DNA of 50,574 nt, counting the filler, from Jimgerdemannia flammicorona (taxonomy: Eukaryota): NCBI GenBank assembly GCA_003990765.1. It is 2 parts of 2 records of this genome, joined end to end, with 100 filler letters (N's around TTAATTAATTAA, not from the genome) between each part and the next. Parts side by side here need not be neighbours in the genome. Positions count along the whole stretch, not along the records: positions 25,339 to 50,574 come from RBNJ01000865.1; 1 more part is not named here. One strand, 5' to 3'. Each line of letters begins with the position of its first letter. Within the stretch, counting starts at the first letter, position 1. The position numbers and the translations under genes are program-made. Under the pieces are notes generated by a model, which had not been told where the DNA came from, made no database searches, and saw only the letters and a list, made by a program, of their open reading frames with translations. Below are positions 36,401 through 49,192 of the stretch, piece by piece.

Positions 36401-38706
36401 GAAGCTCAATACCATCACCAAGAAGGATAGGCAGCCCTTGCCAAATATTTAAGAAATCCTTACCATCCTTGGAAGTAAAGCCAAATACTACACCACCTTG
36501 GATCTGTTCTCAGGCTTCCATCAGATTGGTCTCACTCAAGATGCCAGTGAGAAATCAGTCTTCATCACACCTGATGCCACCTATATCTACCTGCAAATAC
36601 CATTTGGAATATGCAATACCCTAGTAAGTTTTCAGCAAATGATTAACAGAGTCTTCAGTAATGAGATTGGAAAATAGCTCTTTGTCTATGTTGATGATGT
36701 GATCATCTTCAGCAACACTGCATGGAAATATGTCAATTATATACAGCTAGCCCTCAAGAAGCTCAAGGAGCATGGCCTCTACATCAAGCCCAAAAAATGC
36801 AAGCTTGCAGCTCAAGAAATTGCCTACCTAGGACACCTCATCAATCAGACTGGAATCTATACAGATCCCATGAAGATTGAGGCTATTGCAGCCTACCCAA
36901 GACCCAGAATAACTATAGAAGTCCATGCCTTCCTTGGACTGGCCAGCTACTACAGAAGATTCATCAAAGAATACTCCAATATTGCAGCACCTATCTACAA
37001 GTTACTGAAGAAGGAGACCAAATTCAAATGGACCAAGGAGTGCCAAGAAACCTTCAATGAACTCAAGACCAGGTTGACCCAAGTACCTATTCTCAGAAGA
37101 CCAGACTGGAACCTAGAATTCATCTTGCAGACAGACACAAGTGCTATAGGATTTGGAGCAGTCCTAGCTCAGAAGAAAGATAGATATGAATATGTCATCT
37201 CCTATGCAAGCCAAGGTACCCATGGAGCAGAACAGAACTATGAGTCATGCAAGCTTGAATGCTTAGTAGTAGTTTGGGCAGTAGACAAGTTCCACTACTA
37301 CCTAGCCAGGAAACACTTCACTATTCAAACAGACCACTCTGCTCTTGCCTAGCTATTCCACACTCTGAACCCCAAAGAAATATATGCTAGATAGATCTAC
37401 AGGCTGTAAGAGTATGACTGTACTGTCAAGCACTGCTCAGGAAAGACCAACACCAATGCTGATGCACTCTCAAGGACACTCTGAAACACCTTCATCAAGA
37501 CTATTTAATATGAATAAGAAGCTATACTATGGATTAATCAGCTACTTTGGGTAGCAGAAAATGCCCAACCATCTCAAACCTTGGACAATCAACATCATCA
37601 ACCGGACTTAGAAACAGTTTGAACTAGACAATACTATACTCAGAAAAGGAAGAAAGCTAGTAATACCCAAATACAAGAAGTATTAAGTAATAAAGGAAGT
37701 ATATAAGCAAGGATACTTAGGAGGAACTAACATATATGATAAGGTAAGAAGAACTATATAGTGGTCCAAGATGGAAGAAGACCTGTACCAATTTGTCAAA
37801 GGGTATGACAAGTGCCAAAAACAGAAATAAGATCAGCAAGACCAGGCACTTGGGTCATCAAGAATTGAGCCTATCTCCTTCTACCACATTGCAATGGATA
37901 TCATTGGACCACTACTAGTAATACTATTAGAAAACCACTATATTATAGTTATTGTAGACCTCTTCACCAAATGGATAGAGGCAGGAGTATTACAAGAAGC
38001 CAATGCCCTCTCTATAGCTGACTTCTTGTACTGAGAAATCATCTGCCACTACAAGACACCAAAGCAAATCACAACAGACCACAGGACAGAATTTGTCAAT
38101 GGATTCCATGAGATAATGTATCAGAAATATAAGATCTAGCATATCAAGACCACTACATACCACCCTCAAGGAAATGGACAGACAGAGAGAACCAATAAGA
38201 CCCTCAAGAACATCTTAGTGAAGATCTCAGAGATATATGAGAATTGGGATAACTATCTCCCAACCACCCTCTCTATCCTACAAGACATACAGTCACAGAG
38301 CATACACTTTACCCCAAGAGAGCTGCTCTTCAGAGAAGAAGATTCTGATGGAATCTCAGCTACAAATCTAGACCTAACTTGGAGATGGGTTGATGTAGAA
38401 ATCTGGAGACTACACCAAATCAGGAAGAAGGCTAAAGATTACATCACCAAGTCATAAGCACTGACAAGGAAGAATATAGAAAAGAATCATAAGGCCCTAG
38501 AACTCATCCGAATCAGAGAAAAAGTTCTACTATATTGAAATATGGTAGAAGCCTCATGGTTGCAAAAACTGGAGCCCAAATGGGAAGGACCCTTCTACAT
38601 ACAAGATATCAAGGAAACCACCTTCTGGCTTAGAAAAATCTCAGAGACCATACTGCCTACTATAGTATATAGGACCAGACTCAAGAAGTACCACAAACCT
38701 ATATAA
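33495..38706 (+). pseudogene. gag-pol of B1
   Basis: Homologous to A1 throughout: IIDTGA (~34915), CPHG cluster, dUTPase GVIDPNYTG (~35805), YVDD (~36688), TDTS, integrase WEGPF. Many stops and indels. Confidence 0.92.
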
Positions 38707-39312
38707 AAGAAGCAAAATGTGATGACCACCCATGAGGTTCTAGTCCACAAATTGTAACAGTATGTCCTGTGACCAGCAGGCTATCTGTCTGGACCATTCT
38801 CTAAGGGATACAGCACTGGCAACTACTCATCCATGAGACTTTTGAAGTCAGAGGAGTTTGAACCATCAACTGATTGATCAAGATCAGAATCAGGCCCTTG
38901 CTCTATATGAAGGGAGTGACTCTTCACCATCACACCAAAATACAAAAAGAAGATGCCAGCCCATAAACACCACTTTTCGACCCCTTGCCAGAGGTTATGG
39001 GATCAGCAAATTTTTCAAAACTGGACTAATGAATAAGGATGCTCAGGAAGATCCTTATTCAGGAGGAAGATGTAACAGTGATCCCAGAATGATGATATTA
39101 GCACAGGAGACAGCCTTTTCTTGCAAGTCACTAGATTGGAACACAAGAAGATTATATGACATATGAGATGAGTAATGATGACCAACTGTGAGTCATTGTG
39201 ACCACAGTACAAACATTCTGAAGAATATAAAAGAAGGATCAAGGAACCACAGTAGCAGCAACCAACAAGAATCACCAATCTCAAATTAGCTCAAAGACTT
39301 ACCACAAATAAA

Positions 39313-40125
39313 ATGTCTGCTGCCCACTAAACCTCAAGGTCAAGGAACTACCAAGATATCTCAGTTGAAGAAAGGATGTTCTAAGACATCAGAAGAGCCA
39401 TGAGGACCTGCTCAAGAAGGACTCCTAGTGTCAACCTGGGTACTGGAGACCCCTATCACTTTATTCTCTACTACTATGAAATGGAAACAAGGATCACCAT
39501 TGCTATCAAATGCCTCCAAATGTAGTAGGAGTATGAAATAGGAAACCTCCTCTGCTGAGAGTTCCCACAGGCCAGTACTCAAGAGCTACAAGATACCACT
39601 TCTATAGATATATGTAAAACAAGGACAGCTAAGAAGATCCATCAGATCTTCAGGCATATACTATAGTCAATCTCCAACTTGGAGTATGTTAGAGTCTCAG
39701 ATTTCAGAGACCTATCATCCCACTGTATCAATGCACTAGAAGCCAGGATGACTATAGAAGTCCAGTCCACTATCACCCTCAATAGTGATGAAGTAGAAGA
39801 CTTCTAACACCCTATCCTCCAGGACAACTCAGATCAATTCCTACAAGGGTTGATCTCAGTATTCCAAGGCCCAAGCATCCGGGTTAGATCTCCCCAAGAC
39901 CTCACATTTGTCCCCTATTTTGTAGAAGAGAACCTCATAGACTGGAGAGCTCCAGATCTTGTTTCTGATTTCTCTGCTACTGAATGTGATGATGTTATTG
40001 GCAATGACATTATTCCACATAATATCGAAGTATGCAAAAATGATGAATTCATAGATCTCATCTCCTTCAGTGATAATGATGATGACAAGGATGAAACCCC
40101 CATGGTCCTGAACTTTCTGCTCTAA
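39313..40125 (+). pseudogene. LTR-encoded accessory ORF (270 codons), copy in the B1 3' LTR
   Basis: ATG to TAA in one frame with no frameshift. Internal stops are sense codons in sister copies. TATAAAAG lies about 85 nt upstream. Confidence 0.82.
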
Positions 40126-41049
40126 GTTCTTTGTTATACTAAATAATGCCAGCACCAGTATTCTCATATAATACTGGATAATGCCAATACTGGCATTCTG
40201 AGGTGATGCGAAATTATTCCAGCACTGGTATTCTGATGTGATACTAAATTATACCAGTATCCTTAACCTGTACAATCATCAGTGCCGACCCTGGAACTTA
40301 GTAGTTTTAGTTATTGGAATTTATATTTAGCTTTATATCTTAGCAACCATTGAATTATATTTTGTATAAATACTCCTCTTATTTCCTCTAAAATAAAGTC
40401 AGTCTTTTTAGTACAATATACACAATCTCTTGCAAGCAATCTAAGAGATAACAAGACAGTTAAAAATAAGAAGTTTGAGGACTATAAGACCTTGGGAAGG
40501 CACTCCAATAAGAACTTGCTTATAACAAAACTTGAGTTAGTCTAAGAGATATACCTTGAAGAGAATCTGGCATATTTGAAGAACTCAGTAACCACTATAT
40601 GATAATATATATAATTTTTATTTAAAAATATTTTTTTACTAATAAATATAAAGTTAAAAAAAAATTTAAAAATTTTTGCAAGTAAATTTACTTATAAAAA
40701 TATATAGTCTATTAGATAGAAAATAGCTTAGTATATGTCTATTGATATTCAATAGTTATAAAAATAGCTGCAGTAATCTTATTCTTAGTTTGTTCTTAGT
40801 ATTATTATTAGTTATTTATATTATAGACAAATTATCTATATAATATTTGAGAATATTTATACTTATCTTGTCAAGAGTATAACTATTCTTTAGAAATTCT
40901 ATTGGAATTTTCATTATACTATATATTTATATCAGATTACTACTTCTTCTATATTTGGTAAAAGATTGTCTTCTTTTTTTCAAGTAGTATATATGAATAC
41001 TCTTAAGAGAATACTAATTGATATACTGATTCTGATTAGCTCTAATTCT

Positions 41050-41639
41050 TTAGAACTCTTCACTATTACTACAGATATCTTAAATACTATTACTGAAGCT
41101 ATACTGATCTAGTATAAATATTCTATTATATATCTATTCTAGAAGCTAAATAAGTATAAAAAGAGTTATACTATATATATATATAGGATAAGAAACTCCT
41201 TACTATTATCTGATCTTTACAAATATAGAGATATTTTCTTCTTAGTAAGAAATTCACTCTATAGACAGACTATTAGACTCTTTGATATATTCAGATACAA
41301 CTAATCTTTATAGAAAGATAGATATAATAGATGTAGATTCTTATATTCTTTATATCAAAATCAAGTATATTGCTAATATCAAGAATAAAGTGGCTAATAC
41401 ACTCTCCTGAAGTACTCAGAAGAATGACCTTATAGTAATTAGCAATATTGTCACCAAATTATTTAAGAAAGTCAAGAAGAAGTATATCAAGAATACTGAT
41501 ATATAAGAAATTACCAAACAAATCCTCAAAGAAGATACATAGTAATATTATAAAGAAGTTATATAAGAATAATTTCATCCAAAATAGTTATATATATCTT
41601 AATAATATAAGAATTTAAGTTTCTGATACTCTTATCTAT
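41050..41639 (+). mobile_element. Highly eroded RNase H/integrase fragment of another Gypsy element
   Basis: Decayed DKKLLTII...LLSKKFTL(Q)TD(H) and (G)IKNKVAN(A)LS motifs. Confidence 0.55.
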
Positions 41640-44600
41640 TATAATGGTGACCCCAGTATAGGAGACAGTCTTTCCTTATAAGCCATCAGATCAGAGCACA
41701 AGAAGATCATATGGTATATGAGATGAGCAATGATGACTAACTGTGAGTTATTGTGACCACAGTTCAGATATCTTGAGAAATATAAAAGAAGGATCAAGAA
41801 ACCACAGTAGTAGCAACCAACAAGACCCACTAATCCCAAAATAGCTCAAAGACTTACTATAAACAAAATGCCTACTGCTCACCAAACCTTGAGGTCAAGG
41901 AACTACCAAGGCATCTTAGTTGAAGAAAGGATGTTCCAAGACATCAAAAGAGCTATGAGGATCTACTCAAAAAGGACTCCTAGTGTCAACCTGGGTACTA
42001 GTGATCCTTACTATTATATTCTCTATTACTGTAAAATGGAAACAAGGATCACCATTGCTACCAAATGCCTCCAAATATGGCAGGAGTATAAAATAGAAAA
42101 TCTCCTCTACCAGGAGTTCCCACAGGCCAGCCCCCAAGAGTTATAAGATACCACTTCCATGGATATATGTGAAGCAAGGATAGCTAAGAAGATCCATCAG
42201 ATCTTCAGGTATATACTATGATCAATCCCCAACTTAGAGTATATTAGAGTCTCAGATTTCAGAGATCTATCATCCTACCATATCAATGCACTAGAAACCA
42301 GGGTAGCTATAGAAGCCCAGTTCACTATCACTCTCAATAGTGATGAAGTAGAAGACTTCTGGCATCCTATCCTCCAGAACAACCCAGACCAATTTCTACA
42401 AGGATTGATCTCAGTATTCTAAGGTCCAAGCATCCAAGTTAGACCTCCCCAAGACCCCACATTTGTCTCCTATTTTGTAGAAGAAAACCTCATAGACTGG
42501 AGAGCTCCAGACCTCCTTTTTGCTGCCATCAAATGTAATGATATCATCAGTGATGATGTCATCCCACACAACATTGAAGCATGTGAAACATGCAATGATG
42601 ACAAATTCACAGATCTCATCTCCTTCAGTGATGATGAGGATAAAGCCCCTATGGTCTTGAACATTCTGCTCTGAAGTTCTTTGGTTATACTGAGCTATGC
42701 CAGCATCGATATTGTGATGTAATACTGAGTTATACCAGTACTGGCATTCTGATATAATACTGAATTATTCTAGCACCATTTTCCTGTATTACCAGAATTA
42801 TATCAGCATCCTGAACCTGTACAACCATCAGTGCTGATCCTAAAACTTAGCAGTTTTTCCTGTTCTGGCATTTTATTTTAGTTATTGGAATTTATATTTA
42901 GCTTTATATCTTAGCAACTATTGAATTATATTTTGTATAAATACTTCTCTTATTTCCTCTAAAATAAAGTCAGTCTATTCAGTCTATTCAGTACAATATA
43001 CACACTTTCTTACAAGCAATCTAAGAGATAACAAGATAGTTAAAGATAAGAAGTTTGAGGACTATAAGACCTTGGAAAGGCACTCCAATAAGAACTTGAG
43101 TTAGTCTAAGAGATATATCTTAAAGAGAATCTGGTATATTTGAAGAACTTAGTGACTACTACATACATAACAACTTAACACCCATTGGCTGGTGATTTAA
43201 GATGAATCTCTCACTTTCAAGCTAAAAAATAAACAACCTCCATAATAACTACTCTGACTACAAAAGTCACCTCTGTAAGAATTCAAGATAAGATGGAAAT
43301 ATGTCCTCCCATATTCTATAGATATACTACTGAAGAGTCAATCCTGACCTTTATTGAAGACTTTGAACAATTCACTACCATACAAACTCTTAGTGTGGAT
43401 ACATAATTGGCCCTTCTATCAGTCAGTCTCAGAGGACCTGCTAGAGACAAGTTCAATGCAATCACTATTGCTGATAATAGTACAGCCAAACTTGCCAACA
43501 TAAAGATCTTTCTCAGAACAATATTCTATACTGAAGAGATTAAGCAAGCTCTCAAGGATCAACTCAACACTATCTGTCAGAGACTTAGTGAAGATTCCAA
43601 CTTATTCTATATCTGAATCTACCACTAGATTGTCTTGGCTGACTATGATAATGCCCTCAAGGAACAAATAGTGGATTCAACCTTTCTTAAAGAAGTTCAC
43701 CCTGAAATTGCCCTAGCAATCTGGTCTACTCCAGCTGCACTGATCCTTGATTAGAAAGTGATATTTGCACAGAGATATTGGACTGCCAGACACTCTACCA
43801 AACCCTCAATAGAGAAAATAACTGGCATCAAGATAGAGCCATCAAAGCTAACTAGTATCATATCTGCTACAGTTGTAAACAGATAACCAACCCCATCTAC
43901 CCCCAAGGTAGCCAAAGCTGACCCAGTGGAGGAACTTGCTAAGCAGTTCACTGAGATGACTATACATCTTGGTGATATTGTTAGAGAAGTCCAAAGTGCC
44001 AACAGGAGACCAGTATAGAGATTTGTAGCTGCTATAGAAGAATATAATATCACATGCTTCAGATATGGAGAAGAAGACCACTATGCAAAGAATTGTATGA
44101 CCAAAACAAGATGCAAAGCCCAACCAAGCAATACTAGCAGAACCAGAGAACAAACTAATGCAGTAGTCATCAAGGAGATTAGTGATACTGATGAAGAATA
44201 CTATGAGGAGCTTGAATTCTACTCTGCTACTGAAGGTACCAGAACTCAGTCTAAGCCCTATGATAAGAAGAGCAATAGCAAGTCAGTTGGAAGACCAAAA
44301 AAGACCCCAGCTATTACTATTCAAAGCAAGACTCAACTCAAGGAGATTGATCAAGATATGGAGTTAGATAAAGCTGCCTGCCAAATCATTGAAGGCACTA
44401 CTTCAGTCTCTGGAGAAAGTGAAAGCAAGAAGAAATAGAAGCTGTGTAAGACTAAGATCCACCAGTATGATATCTACAAAGATCTTAAAGAACAGAAGGT
44501 CAATGCTACTTTTGAACAGCTAGCCAAAATCCCTGCCTTCAGACAGCAGTTGAGAGTAGGACTTGAAACTACTTCTAAGAATTAAGAGTACAAGATTGTA

Positions 44601-46754
44601 GAAGCTCACAATATACAGGAAGAATCTGAAAACTCAGATAAAGAATCCAAAGACCAGTACAAGACATCAGCCTATACTCTATATCAGATTGAAAACTGTA
44701 TCTTTGATGCCATCATTGATACTGGTGCTAGAGGATGCCTCATAAGCAAGAAGGCAATTGACTGCCTAGGTTGGGACATTGAAGAGTCTACCAAGATAGT
44801 CTATGTTATAGCAGATGATATACAAGCTACCCTCCTTGGCAAAATCTGAGAAGTCCCCATCAAGATAGGAAGAGCTACTATCTCAGTAGACATGATTGTT
44901 ACAAGCACCACCAACTATGACATCCTTATTGGCAACCAATGGCTTCACAAGGCCAAGACCATTTATTGACCTTAATATCCAGAAGATGCAGATCAACTAT
45001 AGAGGAAGAAAGATACAAGTCTCTATCAATGTCTATAAAGGAGTTCTACCAGACATAGAGGAAGGAGATGAAGAGAACACAGAGCTCTTTATACACTCAG
45101 TGAACAAGAACAAGAACAAGAACAAGAACAAGACACTCAAGCTCACAGATGAGCAGTGGTACAACAAGATTATTAATGGCTATGTCTCTCAAGAAAGATG
45201 CCCCCATGGTACTAGGATGTACTGCACTGAACACCTGAATGACTGCTGGTCCTGTATTAGTGAAGTCAGGAAAATCCACCAACAGAAACATGAGCAAAAA
45301 GCCACCAAAGCAAAAAGGAAAGCTGAAGAAGATGACCAGCCCCCAGAGCTTTAAGCTAATAGTGATAATGAGGAAGAATAAGAACCAGATATCACCCTTA
45401 AGATCAAGAAGTTTCACCCTGAAGCCAAGACCCCAGAATACAAGACTGAAGGAGCCATAGGAATGGACCTTGCCAGCATTCAAGATGCTACCCTTGAACC
45501 ACAGACCACCACCCTACTTGGCACTGGAATTGGAGTCAAGCTGCCAGAGAACTATGCCAGAATTATCAAGACCAGGAGTAGTCTAGCCAAAAGTGAAATC
45601 TCAGTTAAAGGAGAAGTAATTGACTCTGATTACACTGATAAGATCTTTCTCATAGTCAGAAATCACAACCCCACCACCCCATTTGAAGTCAAGAAGCATG
45701 ACAGGATTGGCCAGATGCTGATCTATGAAATTAAGAACCCCAAGATCATTGAAGCCATTGAACTCATCAAGACCAAGAGAGGAGGAGGAGCCTATATCAC
45801 CACTAAGATTACTGAACTTGAATACAAGAAAGATAAGGACCAGAACTAGTACATATATACTATTAGAGAAAACTTTTCTCTGAAAGAACAACTTCTCAAG
45901 ATCCTGTATCAGAATGAAGGAGTACTTGCTACAGACTTCAGGGATATCTATAATCAAGAACTCAAGTACTATTATGAAGTTAACACTGGTGATACCAAGC
46001 CCATCTACTAGAAAGCCAGACCTATACCACCTGCCTACAGAGAATGACTGTGAGCAGAACTCAAGGAAATGGAAGAAGCCAGAATTATCAAGCAAGCTAT
46101 CAGTCCCTGGGCTTTACTCATTGTCCTTACCCCAAAGAAAGAGAGCAAATCTGAAGAGTTTGCACCAAGACTCTACATTGACTACAAGAAGCTCAATGCC
46201 ATCACCAAGAAGGATAGACAGCTCTTGCCAAATATTCAAGAAATCCTTACCATCCTTGAAAGTAAAGCCAAATACTACACCACCTTGAATCTGTTCTCAG
46301 ACTTCCATCAGATTGGTCTCACTCAAGATGCCAGTGAGAAATTAGCCTTCATTATACCTGATGCCACCTATATCTACCTGCAAATGCCATTTGGAATGTG
46401 CAATGCCCCAGCAAGTTTCCAGCGAATGATGAATAGAGTCTTTAGCAATGAGATTGGAAAATAGCTCTTTGTCTATGTTGATGATGTAATCATCTTCAGC
46501 AACACTATATGAGAACATATCAATCATATATAGCTAGCTCTCAAGAAGCTCAAGGAGTATGGTCTTTATATCAAGCCCAAGAAATGCAAGTTTGTAGCTC
46601 AAGAAATCACCTATCTAGGACACCTCATCAACCAGACCAGAATCCATATAGACCCCATGAAGATTGAGACTGTTGCAGTCTACCTAAGACCCAGAATGAC
46701 CACAGAAGTCCATGCCTTCCTTGGACTGGCCAGCTACTACAGAAGATTCATCAA
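41640..46754 (+). mobile_element. 3'-truncated family-B element (copy B2): 5' LTR 41640-43172, gag, PR, dUTPase, RT
   Basis: Collinear with B1 and breaks off at FLGLASYYRRFIK. dUTPase motif V is removed by a 24-nt deletion. Confidence 0.93.
41868..42674 (+). pseudogene. LTR-encoded accessory ORF (268 codons), copy in the B2 5' LTR
   Basis: ATG to TGA in one frame. Net indels relative to B1 preserve the frame. Confidence 0.82.
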
Positions 46755-47352
46755 GCCTGAAGATCTGATGAATCTTCTTAACTATTCTTATTTTACATAC
46801 ATCTATGAGAGTGATATCTTATATCTCTTAGAGACTAGCCTGAGGGAATTCCTGGTAGAGAAGATTTCCTATTTTATATTTTTGTCACATCTAGAGATAT
46901 TTAGTAGCAATGGTAATCCTTGTTTCTATTTTATAGTAGTAGAGAATATAATGATAAGAGTCACTAGTATACTCAGATTGAGACTAGAAGTTCTTCTTAT
47001 ATGAGTCCTTATGACTCTTCTGATGTCTTGGAATATTCTTTCCTAGACTGAGAGGTCTTGATAGTTCCTAGACCTTAAGGTTTGGTAAATGGCAGGCATT
47101 TTATTTGTGGTAAGTCTTTTGAATTATTTCTGTAAGTCTTGTTTGAGTTGCTACTACTGTGGTTTCTTGATCTTTCTTTTATATTTCTTGAGATATCTGT
47201 CTTATGATCATAATGACTCATAGTTGGTCATCATTACTCATCTTATAGCCTGGGTGAGTTATGCCATATGATCTTCTTATACTCTGATCTGGTGACTTAT
47301 AAAGAAAGACTGTCTTCTATAATAATGTTATCATTTTGAAATCACCATTATA
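46755..47352 (-). mobile_element. Inverted 5' fragment (~600 bp) of a family-B LTR
   Basis: Reverse complement matches the B LTR from its start to KKIHQIFR of the LTR ORF. Confidence 0.88.
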
Positions 47353-49192
47353 CCAAATATAAAAAGGAGTAAGTAATGAAATCAGTATATAAACTTAGCT
47401 ATCTATAAGAAATAAATATATATTAAAGTAAAAAGAATAATATGATGGCCAGAAATAGAGAAAGATATTAGATAATTTATCAAAACCTATAATAAATATC
47501 AGAAATAAAAATAAGACAACTCTGAGATCAGTACATATAACTAGCACTATTTGATAATATTGTAATGAATATAATTAGCCCTCTACTCTTAACTTTGGCT
47601 GACCAACTAATATATTATTATTATTATAGATATTTTTATAAAATAGATAGAAGTAAAACTACTCAAAGAAGTCAATATATAGTTAATTGCTGATTTCTTT
47701 TATAAAGAAATTATCTGCTGTTTCAATACTTCAATACAAGTAACTACAGACAGAGGAATAGAATTTGTAAATCAGTTCTTTAAGGTTCTTTATAAGAAGT
47801 ATAAGATTCAGTATATTTGGACTACAGTCTATCACTCTTAAGAAAATAGATAAATAAAAAAGACCAATAAGACTCTTAAGAATATTATTATTAAGATCTA
47901 TGATAACTATAAAAACTAGAACCAGTATCTGTCAATATATAGTATTATCTATTCTCTGAAATATCTAATTACAAAGTATCTATTTTATCTCTTAAGAAAT
48001 ATTGTTTAGAGAAGAAAGTTCTCAAGAAATTCTATCATTTAATAGAGATACTATATGGAAATATATAGATATAGAGATATGGAGACTATATCGAATTAGA
48101 AAGGAGGTCAAGAATTATATAACTAAGATATAGATTCTATAATAGAATAATATAGAAAAGATTTATAAGCTTTTAGAGATTATTAAAATAAGAGACAAAG
48201 TTCTGCTATATTAGAATATAGTAGAAGCTTTATGGTCATAAAAACTGAAGCCTAAGTAGAAAGGGTCTTATCTTATATAAAATATAAAAGAAACTACCTT
48301 TTGGCTATAAAAACTCTCAGATATAATTAGCTTTCTACCATTTACTGAAACTGACTTAAGAAGTTCTATCAGAACTAGACTGAGTTTCAAGAATACTTCA
48401 AGTTTGGATAGCTACTGAATTTATAGTTAAAAATGAGAAAAGAAGACTAGATCAGAGAGTATCAGCTCTCTTATACTCAGATTACTATTACTAAATAAGT
48501 ATATAAGCTATTTAAGATTATAAGCCAGCTCTAATACATTTCTAAGGAGTAGTCTCAGAAGACTTCAGATATATTAAGAGATACTATTGAGAAAATATAA
48601 TAATACAAATCACATAATATAAGAAGATACAACTTATAGAAGCTTAGGAGTTTGAGTGAATAAGATGTTTTAGGAATAAATTACCTATTTAGAAAGAAGT
48701 TATGATAGTTGATCTGAATTAAAAATATAAATCAAAAAAATAGATATTTGATCATAGTATCTGAATTCAATTTCCAAATATAGTATAGTTTTATAAATAG
48801 TAATTATTCTATCAAATATAGAAATTTTAACAAATATTAGAATTTTATAAATATCAAGATTTAACAGATGTTAAATTTTGATAATTATTGAAATCTTATA
48901 GATATTAAGGATCCATACTTATAAAAAGTAACTCATAAGAAATATAGTCATAACTTAGCCATCTTATAGCTAGTAAACTTATATAAATATTCTCAGTATC
49001 TAGAGTAAATAAACCTCAGATCAAAATAGTTCAAAGCAAAGAGAAAGTAAAAGAACTGATAAGTCTATAGATAAATATACTTCAAACTCACCTATTCCTA
49101 TATCCTAAGAACTCTACAGAGTTAAAGAAGATCAAGTTTTCAAGATACAGAAATCTGACACACTTCTAAGATTAGATATCTACTATATTATA
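47353..49192 (+). mobile_element. Old family-A-like element, 3' part (copy A2): integrase, ORF3 remnant, 3' LTR 48701-49192
   Basis: Collinear with A1 from about 20088 to 22084, with massive C>T/G>A erosion. Decayed PPT AGAAAGAAGT. Confidence 0.88.

Larger units (their letters stand above)
31424..40604 (+). mobile_element. Full-length Ty3/Gypsy element, family B (copy B1), with gene-containing long LTRs
   Basis: LTRs at 31424-33374 (including a MITE) and 39071-40604, PBS at 33378, PPT AGGAGGAAGA, inserted in a (TA)n run. The internal region is decayed gag-PR-dUTPase-RT-RH-IN. Confidence 0.96.

Noticed and set aside
39856..40167. 103-aa antisense ORF present in both B1 LTRs
   Set aside because: It is not preserved in B2 and is explained as the antisense of the acidic tail of the LTR gene.
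30150..40720. Weak inverted similarity between ~30160-30195 and ~40670-40715, as possible TIRs around B1
   Set aside because: It is too degenerate and AT-rich, and no TSD could be defined.
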